Source of the DNA: Lama guanicoe
Taxonomy: Eukaryota
Reading direction: 5' to 3'
Assembly (NCBI GenBank): GCA_013239625.1
Contig: MU053934.1
Coordinates: forward strand, 5,660,399-5,724,398
DNA length: 64,000 bases
The first letter of the stretch is position 1, and every line of letters starts with the position of its first letter. The notes beneath the pieces are model-generated. The model made no database searches and was not told the origin of the DNA. It was given only the letters and a program-made list of their open reading frames with translations. Shown here piece after piece: positions 54,334 to 64,000 of the stretch. The translations under genes and the position numbers were made by a program.

Positions 54334-56310
54334 CTGAGCTGTCCAATATGCAGCCACAGTCACGTGAGACTATTAAAAATTGACTAACCTTGACTAGTGC
54401 AACTGATGAACTTAATATTTTACTCTAGGTTAATTTAAGTATTTTACCTTGTTAATTTTATTTAAACTAATACACCATAAAATATTTTCCTGTTAAACAC
54501 AACTTCATTGTTTTGGTAAGACTACATTTCATTTTTTTTAATTAATTCTCTGTGGCAGCTTGACCCATTTATTCAACAAGTATTTACTGAGCAGATTAAG
54601 GCACTGAACTTGACATGATCACAGAGACACAATTTAAAAAAAAAATTTTTTTTTAAATGGAGGTACTGGGGATTGAACCCAGGACCTTGTGCATGCTAAG
54701 CATACACTCTACCACTGAGTTATATCCACTTCCTCCAAGACTACATTTCATTTTAACAGTCACATCATTTAAGATATTTATTATCATGTTGTAGCAGGAA
54801 TACTGGCAAGAACATAATTTCTACTGTATTACACATAGATACACCACTGATTTAGTTATTGTCAACAAAATGATTCAAATATTTTGTTCTACACATCAAT
54901 ATACTATAATGTTTTGAAAAAACCATTTTATGCAAATAGCACAAGTATAGTGATACTCTGCTGCTAATCAGGAAGAATTATTTTACTATTTCCTCTTTTT
55001 GAAAACATAATATGGATAAATTTTCAACAAAAGGCATACTATGAACGCAGAATTGAGCCTCAAAGATAGCACTTTGACCAAAATGGTAAAGAAAGAGACC
55101 AGAGTTATGTTGCAAATTTCATGATGGTAACTATAATTTGCTAAGAGAGCAAAACAAAATAACATATTAAAAATTTTTAAAAACAAGACAATATTAGACA
55201 TTTTTAGCAAACAGAGTGAATTTGATAAAAGCAGTTTCCTCTTAACAGTAAGAAAAGAATGAAAAAAATTAGCTACCTGAAATCAGAATTAACATCCAAC
55301 ACAAAAATTTTAATCAGTTTTTAACAGGAACTGAGGTTATAAACTGTCTAATTATAAAACAGCTTCATTCATGCATAAAATGCTTCTAGATGGAGTTTAA
55401 AAAATTATTATAGTTATGGTAATTGTTAAAGAATCATCTAAGACTAAAACACATTTTTCAAAAATTAAAAGATCTTATTAAGCCTTCAAACAACAAATCC
55501 TAGCATATCAAAGATCAACTGATTCAAAACTTGAAAAATTATTCAAATTATTTCTCTTTAGTTTTTAGTTTAGTTCTGTGAATTAAGACTGCCCAATAAC
55601 TGGGATACATATTTATTGTCTCAAAGGACTTCCAAATTTATGAAGAAATTTGTCAGTTTGCGGCATAAAAAAAACCAAACAAATAAAACCCCAAATCTGT
55701 GGCACTGACACCAATTCTTCTAAACTGAACCAGCCTTATACACACAGATGCAAATACTAAAGGAAAAATAATTTTTTGCTATTCAATTAGGTTACTGGAA
55801 AACTTTTACATGTCTAAAAAAACTTGTGTATGTGACCCAACTTTTTCAACTACAAACTTCATATAGTCTGAATACTGATCAAGTATTTCCAACAAAAATG
55901 TAACATTTGCATTAAGCTATAAACAGAAAATACACTCTGGATTTTAAGACCCAGTATAAATAAAGAAGAAAAATAGGTCATTAATAATTTTTCTATATTT
56001 AAAAAGCTAAAGATCTAATCTGTTCTTAGAAACAATAATTAGCACATATATGAAAACTAAAAAAAGTGCAGTACACTGTTTATATGTATTTACATGCAAT
56101 ATAATGTGTATGTGCAGTCAAACTATAATTCTACATAAAACTTAAAAAAATTTCCTATATTGATTACAATGCTGAAATGTTATTAACACTTTACATATAT
56201 AGGTTTAAATATATTTTTTGACTTTAAACTATCTCTAATTTTTAAACGTGGCTACTAGAGATTTTAAGTTCCATATGTAGCTCAAGTTACACTTCTATTA
56301 AATAGCACTG
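54334..56310 (+). mobile_element. Charlie1/MER33-family hAT transposon relic filling most of ST13 intron 3
   Basis: TIR-like ends ctgagctgtccaat...ctattaaatagcactg; 55828-55899 translates VCDPTFSTTNFI*SEY*SSISNKN, like a decayed hAT dimerisation motif. Confidence 0.65.
54536..54736 (-). mobile_element. tRNA-derived SINE plus ~100 bp extra 3' sequence, 18-bp TSD
   Basis: SINE head 54655-54736; TSD aagactacatttcatttt at 54518-54535 and 54737-54754. Confidence 0.88.
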
Positions 56311-56384
56311 ATTTAGTTAACTCTGTAAAAATCAACACAGGACCATATCATGAGGTTACCAAATACAAACTACCATCTCCTCAC

Positions 56385-56460
56385 CTAGATCACTTTCCTC
56401 ACTTGATGGTTCATCTGCCTTTATGTTTTCCTCCGCCTTCTTACTATCTGTTTTTTCTTC
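56385..56460 (-). CDS. ST13: ST13 exon 3
   Basis: 76 nt, EEKTDSKKAEENIKADEPSSEESDL; AG 56461-56462, GT 56383-56384. Confidence 0.98.
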
Positions 56461-57990
56461 CTAACAAAGGGAAGGCAAACAATGCTATCAGTATTTAATA
56501 ACACACCCAATATATGTTATTAATTTATACAGATTTATGTATAAACTATTCACAAACATGGCATCTCACTTGTTAATGCTCTTTTGTCTTTTGTTTTGGT
56601 AGGCTAATTTTAGTTTTCTGTTTTTATTTCTCTTTTTAAATGAAGTACAGGTTCAGTCCCTCATCCAAACCCTTTAGACAATGAGTTTCAGAATTGAAAG
56701 AGTTTTTTATTTTAGGAAGCTAATAAAGTGGAAACACCATATGTTATGTAACGGGCACTGAAGTCCACAACTCTCCATAATCAAACACACTACTACTTCT
56801 ATAAAATAAAGCTTGAGCATTAATAATGTAGGATAAAGACTATAGCCTGTTCGAACCATGTTTTAGTGCCAAAAAAGTTTACTAACAATCTTTACATTTT
56901 CAAGGCTTTTTGAGTTTGGAATTGCAAATAAGGGATTATGGAACTGTAACACACAAAGGATGAAAATTCAAAGAACTTAAAAGTATACAGAATGAATGAA
57001 AATTTCTTTCCCATCCTTTTAAGTAACTGACGCGGTTTTCTGAATTCTGAGTATAACACAATTCTACACTTTGCCTTTTTTTGTTTAACAATGCTGTGCA
57101 TCTCAGAGAATATACCATGATCAGCCCACCTAAACATAAGTTCCATAACCAGTTATTTAGGCTGCTACTCAGTTTCTTAAAAATTGGAATTGGAGCCCCA
57201 TCTTATTACAAAATATTTGTTGAATCCCTACCATGTGCAAGGTACTAAATGCTTTAGCATGTACTGAGAATAAGACTAGTCATAATTCTAAATCATAGTA
57301 TTTTTATTACAAAAATTGTAGCAAAGATTTAAGGTTACATATAATCTTGTCTTCACATATGTTTATCACATGGCAAAATATCCTATCTAGGGCTCAGAAT
57401 CTACCAAACTCTGACAAATGACTCATCTAAAAAAATAATAATTGCTTTTTGGAGCTTTTACTTAACTTCTCTCATTTCACTGTTCAAAGATATGCTGAAT
57501 AATAAAACAGCAAATTTTCTTAACCATTTAAGACAGCTAATCAGAAAACTCTGAAAAAAAAAAACAACTTTAAGTCATGAAGACAGAAGGTGGGAAAATA
57601 AGAACACTGAAGGGAACATTTTTAAGAGATTATCCTCCCTCATCCCCACCTCTAAACTTGAGCTACTGGCAATCTCCTCCTGATTATACACATCCTTTCG
57701 GCAAATATGCTAAAGCAACACCATGAATCACACTCAGAAATATCCTCCAGGTTAGGTAGGGCAGAAAAAATTGATAATTACTAATTTGGGCTGTTTTCTT
57801 CTTTATATTCCAAATATTAATAAAGTAGCTACAACAACACTATGCTACATGCTAAAAAGAAAGTAATGATGAACACTACAATGCACACAATCCCAGAGCT
57901 TACCACTTACAGGTCAGGCATATTACATACATACAGCATTTATTCCCATTTATTCTATAACACAGTGAACATCCAATGCCATATTCTCAG

Positions 57991-58147
57991 TTTATTTATT
58001 TATTTATTTTTGATTAATCTTTTCCAGGGGGAGGTAATTAAGTTTATTCGTCTATTTAACGGAGGTACTGGGGCTTGAACCTAGGACCTTGTGCTTGCTT
58101 GGACGCATGGACTCTACCACTGAGCTATACCCTTCCCCCTACCCCTC
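57991..58147 (-). mobile_element. tRNA-derived SINE (camelid Vic-1-like)
   Basis: Reverse complement of gggaagggtatagctcagtggtagag...aggtcctaggttcaagccccagtacctcc with (AAAT)n tail. Confidence 0.85.
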
Positions 58148-58330
58148 CGTTTTCAGTTTTAAATCAGATTCCAGAGATTTGATGTCCAAAAGAGATTTTA
58201 ACGAAGTTCTTATTTCCAAGTGATCTTGGGGAAATGAGAAGTGGTAATTTGAGGGCAGCAGGTAAAAAATATCCCTAAGAAACCTTTTGGTACTTTATCA
58301 CTAAACATACAAATGAAATTCGTAACTTAC

Positions 58331-58388
58331 CTTGGTATTTTCTTCTGATTTAGTTTTATGAGTAGCAGGTGGTATCTTACCCCCCATG
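58331..58388 (-). CDS. ST13: ST13 exon 2
   Basis: 58 nt, MGGKIPPATHKTKSEENTK; AG 58389-58390, GT 58329-58330. Confidence 0.97.
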
Positions 58389-60115
58389 CTTGAGGACAAT
58401 GGGAAAAAAAAGACATTTGTTTAGAAAATTAAACTTCACTAAGCCAAACAACATTAATGCTGGGGAAAAAGTTAGGCATTTAGATAGTTACCTTTTCAAA
58501 TCTTTGAGAGTAAACTCAATTAATTTGAATCTTCAGTATTATGATTAAGTTTTTTCAACTTAAAAATTTATTTTTTTGCATACTGGTTAATAAAACTCTT
58601 AACCCTCTCCTTGCCTCAATAAGCCTAATAAGCATAGTTACACAGCTTCTCTGCCCATTCCCAGAGAAAAAGGAAAAGAGGCAGAGAAACATGCAGTGAC
58701 AAAATCATTTGCACAAGACGTTAATTTAGAATTCAGTATGTGTAATAAAACCCAAAACTTGATGTTTAACATTTAGTAAGAATGGCTCAATTAAATTCAA
58801 ATAGACAGTTTAAAATAACTATGAAGTCACAGTATAACAATACAAAATATTTGTTTCTTCTGACTGCTAGTATCTACAAGAATTCTTGCTTATATTCACA
58901 CGCCCTGCACATTGTAGATTTTCGCCTCATTCCCTCTAAACTTCACCCATTAGAACTACTTCTTGGTCTTTTAAGTCCTTCCTTCCCAAGTATTCCAGGC
59001 CAACACCATGAGTTATATACAAATAACTTTAAAACAAGGAAAAAAGATCACAAAGAACTAGCATCATATACTCCTTTTGGGGCAGTATCTGAAGCGTGTG
59101 GGCTATGAGCAACAGTCCAATGACTAAAATGTTCAGTGGATTAAGGACACTCCACAAGAGTTAAAGCTAGAAGTCATAAAGACTTAACTAAAATGTGCCT
59201 TAGGAAAAATAATTTTTAAAAGGCCATTAACTTTTATGTAAAACAAAGAGATGTTAACTTGGAAAACAGAAAGAAACCTACTCCACAACACCCTTAAGAT
59301 CGACTCTTTGTAACTAGAGTTATCATATCCAGGCTTACGTTCACTTCAGTTGGTGGGTATTTCTAGTCTTAGGTATGCGTTAAGTTGGATTTAAATGAAT
59401 ATTGATTTTCCAAAGTTCTTTCCCCAATTTACGCTAGCAGTATGAGAAGTCAGTTGTTCCACAGTTAGGCTAACACTTAGTTATTGCCCATCTTTTAAAT
59501 TTTTAGCCATTTTTGATAGCTGTGTAGTGGTATCTCATCATAGTCTGAGTCTCTTTTCATTTATGTGTTAGCCATTTGAAAAGTCTTTTTTTGTAAAGTT
59601 CAACTATTGTCCAGCCTTCTATTAGCGTGTCCACGATGTTTATTTGTAGGTGTATATTCGAATATTCTACATATGTGCTCTATGTCAGTTTTGCGAGTTG
59701 CAATATCTTCTCCCACCCTGTGGCTTGCCTTTTCACTTGATGGTATCTTTTGATGAAGCCAACACGAAGCAAATGTATAAATGCAAAATAGCTAATGTAA
59801 TAAGAAACAAAATTTGTAATTTCTTATAAGTACCATTCAATTAAGAAAAATATGCACTTTTACCATTCTATTTAATGTGATAGTTACCAAAAAAATCTTG
59901 TTACTCAGCATCCTTGATAAGGAAAAATGGCTCCCATGTGCCAATCACTAAATCATTAAATGATCCAAAACATCTAAGTATGTGATTCAGGAAAGTAAAA
60001 TAATTTAGTGATAAGGAACAAGCACACAAACACGACAACTCTTTAAAATTCTGTCCTACTAAAAAATTTTGACAAAGCACAGTAATCAAGTACTAGTTCT
60101 TTGCAGTTAAATTTT

Positions 60116-60354
60116 TTTTAATTGAAATATAGTCAGTTTACAATGTTGTGTCAATTCCTGGTGTACAACATGTTTCAGTCATACATACATGTACATATAT
60201 TATTTTTCATATTCTTTTTCATTATAGATTATTACAAAATATTGAATATAGTTCCCTGTGCTATACAGCAGAAACATTTATCTATTTTATATATAGTTAG
60301 CATTTGCAAATACCAAACACCCAATTTATCCCTCCCCACCCCTTTTCCCCCCAG
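60116..60354 (-). mobile_element. Lineage-specific L1 3' end with 17-bp TSD
   Basis: TSD ctttgcagttaaatttt at 60099-60115 and 60355-60371; L1 tail ttgacacaacattgtaaactgactat on the minus strand. Confidence 0.88.
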
Positions 60355-60469
60355 CTTTGCAGTTAAATTTTAATGAGAACACCAGACTTTTTAAAGTGTT
60401 TTTCCTAAGTTTCAAAATGCAGCACCCAGATATATATTTAGGGTGACATGCAAACACAGTTACAACAGT

Positions 60470-60905
60470 CTAATTCACATGAAAACTCTAGGAAGTGACA
60501 GTCCTGCCAAGTAATGTATTATGCTAACTATAATCCTAAGGAAAGATCAAACAAACCAACATTGAGTTAAATTCTACAAAATAACTGGTCTGTATTTGAA
60601 TATTAGTTGCCAAGGTCATGAAAATCAGAGAAAGACTGAAGAACTATTTCAAAACGAAGGAGATTAATAAGACACATGACAACAAAATGTAACATGAAAG
60701 ATTAGATAGTATTACTGCATCAGTATTAGTTTCCCGAGTTTGATGGCTGTACTGCACAGGACTGTCCTTGTTTGTAGAAAACACACAGTAAATGGTGTTG
60801 GGGACATAATGTTGGAAATAGTTCAGGATAAAGAGTCTTTGTACTATACTTGCATTTTGTCTGCAAGATAGAAATTGTTTCCAAAAAATTTAAAATTTTA
60901 AAACT
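60470..60905 (+). mobile_element. L1MC-like 3' fragment
   Basis: aactataatcctaaggaaag...gtactatacttgcattttgtctgcaagatagaaattgtttccaaaaaa. Confidence 0.6.
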
Positions 60906-61003
60906 TGGGAGAAAACACAAGAGGCTCTATTCATAAACTAGATTCAAAGTTTCTCACATGTCAAACTCTAGCTCTGGAAGGTAACACCAATTTACAGGTA
61001 CAG

Positions 61004-61068
61004 AAGTTTCATTTAATGCTTCCAAGATTAAAACAAGTTTCATTTAATGCTTCCAAGATTAAAACAAG
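61004..61068. repeat. Perfect 31-bp tandem duplication
   Basis: aagtttcatttaatgcttccaagattaaaac x2 plus aag. Confidence 0.95.
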
Positions 61069-63399
61069 CTAGTTCCCTGCCAAAAATTGCAAACTGGACT
61101 TTGCCAGTAGTGTTTTTATGTGAGCAAGTAGGAGTAGTATAGAGGCTTACTTCATGTGGGATCACACAAGATTTCAGTCATAATTCTTTTAATTTGGTAA
61201 CATTCAATCTACTCTGTGCTGTAGTTACTTACACCCATGCACAAAAAACTGAGTACTATATTCTGAATTCATGAGGGTAGAAATGCACCCTTCTCACTTC
61301 ATTTAAATATTCGCTGAAAAGCCAGGTGCCAAGCACTGTGCTGGAGACCAGAATACAAAGATACTCCCTTTGTTCTTAAATTACCATGAAATGAAAAGAA
61401 AAAGCATGTACAAGATAGAAAGGAGACAAAGTTGTTAAATGGGTAAAAACAGAGCCAAAAAAATGCTTCTCCCTCTAGAAAAATAAAAATATTCCAAAAC
61501 ATATTCGTTGAAAAGACTGTACTTTCCCTGATCCTGACTATTGAGACAACGTTTTTTTCCTTCTTTTTCTTTGTCCAATTTGTTAAACTAACAAATTCTT
61601 AAAAATCAAATAATTAAAGCCATAAACAATGGTAAAAATTATGGCAAATAAGCAAACGGACTATTCTTTTATATCTAAGACTGGGTATCCATGACTGACT
61701 CAGTATGGAGTAGAGGAATTCCTGAAATGGTTTCTACTTGAGGAAACTTACAAGTACTATTAGGTTTAGAAATATTCCTGGGCCTAGAGTCTCCACATCT
61801 GCCCAATCTCCTATAGTCTTAAACTGCCTTAAGAAGACGGATATAAAGGCAGAAAAGAGAGGAATTGATACACCTCAGCGATTACACAAATGTAAGTTTA
61901 GATTTAGATTGAAACAAAGAACAAACGCTTGTATGTTAATATTTCCATTTAAGGTTCAGAATAAATCGCTTATACACACCAAAAATCCTTCAAGCCATAT
62001 GTAAACCAACAATTTAGGATACCAAAAGGTATGTATACATGGAACCAAAAAGGAAAACTGGAAGCATCTATGGGAAACATAAAAATAAGATACATGGCTA
62101 TTTTTTGGAAATAATGCTTGACAGTATTTTCCAGATCTTAAATTGGAATTCTCCACATAGTCATAATCACTCCAGCACAAGTTACAACACTGTTTTTAGG
62201 TATGTTTTAACTCTCTTCAGTGTCCTCGTTTCCTCTCTAGGAGTGAAACAAAATAATGTATCCACTCAGTATAATGTTCTCTTGGTGCCAGCTATTTCTT
62301 CCTGCAGTATCATGTCCACTTTAATGTGAATTTTAGGAACTTAATTGTAGACTTTTCCTCTAATGAGTAGATAACAAGAGGAAAAAAGCATACAAATTAT
62401 CTTAAGTGAAGCTTTTGGAACAAGTTATTCAATAGAGAAAAAATTTCTAGTCCTGAAAATCTAACATCTTATGGGCTTTTTCTTCTGTTAAAAAGCAGAA
62501 TTTGCAAAACAGTATTCTTAGCTATTAACAACCGTTATTAAATTACAACAGTAACTAATAATAAGCGCTCTCAAAATTTCATATAAATAACAAGAGCAAA
62601 AATCTTACAGTAGCTAGCAAACTGGGTGGGGGAAAAGGACTGAGAAACTTCAGAGGAAAAAAACTGGGGGGAAAAAGGACTGAAAAACTTCTTAGAGGCA
62701 ACGCTGATAGAGCTGAGCTTAGGTTTCTTGCTTAGAACAAGCTAACTGGAAGAAATATTCTTTCGAATCGTGGGTTCATCTTCCCCTATAAAACATGTTA
62801 GTAAAATAAATAGAAAATGTTTAGGGCAATACCTCTTACGGGTCACAGTGCTTTGCACTGTCGACATTTATCACAGCGAGGTGCAATTTGTACGTCTCTT
62901 TTAAACTCCTCACCAGTAGTAGTGGTTTAAAATAAACCACCTCGGAGAAATTTTTCCTTTCTCCCTTACGTTTCCCTCCAATACGCAGAATACTAATCTC
63001 TGTTACATGCTAAACATCAAAACGAATTTCCGTATTTATTCACCAGTATCCTAAGTAGATTGTACTTATACTGCTTCCTAGCATCTGGCACAATGCCTGT
63101 GCAGTTAATTCCATGCACGTAGCGAAGTACTCTACAAATAAAAATAACACGAATAGATCGTGTTCAAATACCGGTCCTTGAAAAATCATTTTTCTTAGTG
63201 TTTGGAGTGATGGCACTGCCACTACACAGGTACAGTAAATGGCTCCCAAAATAATTCTACGCAGTTAGAATCGCTGTAAATGCAAAGGTAATCAAACACA
63301 GCCATCATTTTTATTGTAACTTATTAAACAAGCAATCACTATTGCGACACTGTTCAAAGGCACAGTGCGTAAAGGAGCTGCCTCCTGTCATCCCAAGAA

Positions 63400-64000
<601 letters not shown>

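Noticed and set aside
48073..58147. tRNA genes at the four A-box/B-box elements
   Set aside because: Degenerate cloverleafs with A-rich tails and TSDs; these are SINEs
62922..62940. 8-bp perfect hairpin gtggttta-aaa-taaaccac
   Set aside because: Hairpins this short are expected by chance in 64 kb; no supporting context

Overview
Mammalian genomic DNA carrying two minus-strand genes in tandem. ST13 (Hsc70-interacting protein Hip) is complete: 12 coding exons from the ATG at 63898 to the TAA at 38149-38151 give 1110 nt / 369 aa, followed by a ~2.1 kb 3'UTR. About 3.3 kb downstream lies SLC25A17 (peroxisomal carrier PMP34): exons 1-7 are present (ATG at 32655) and the last exons fall off the left edge. 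All 19 exons were placed by hand, have canonical GT/AG boundaries and keep the frame. Both genes have CpG-island promoters. The introns hold L1, L2, MIR, MaLR, hAT-Charlie and Tigger relics plus young tRNA-derived SINEs; these and the absence of recognisable Alu/B1/Bov-tA/PRE elements suggest a camelid (inference). Nearly all ORFs in the supplied track are non-coding. I see no prokaryote-style novel system. The most interesting observations are: a SINE insertion carrying ~100 bp of 3' extra sequence inside a perfect 18-bp TSD; a locally templated 90-bp insertion with an 11-bp TSD; a likely MIR4766-orthologous hairpin; candidate poison/alternative exons in both genes; a perfect 64-bp hairpin-unit tandem duplication near the SLC25A17 promoter; and an in-frame ST13-SLC25A17 read-through possibility. 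Repeat family names, repeat boundaries and comparisons with human sequence are from recall and need database confirmation.
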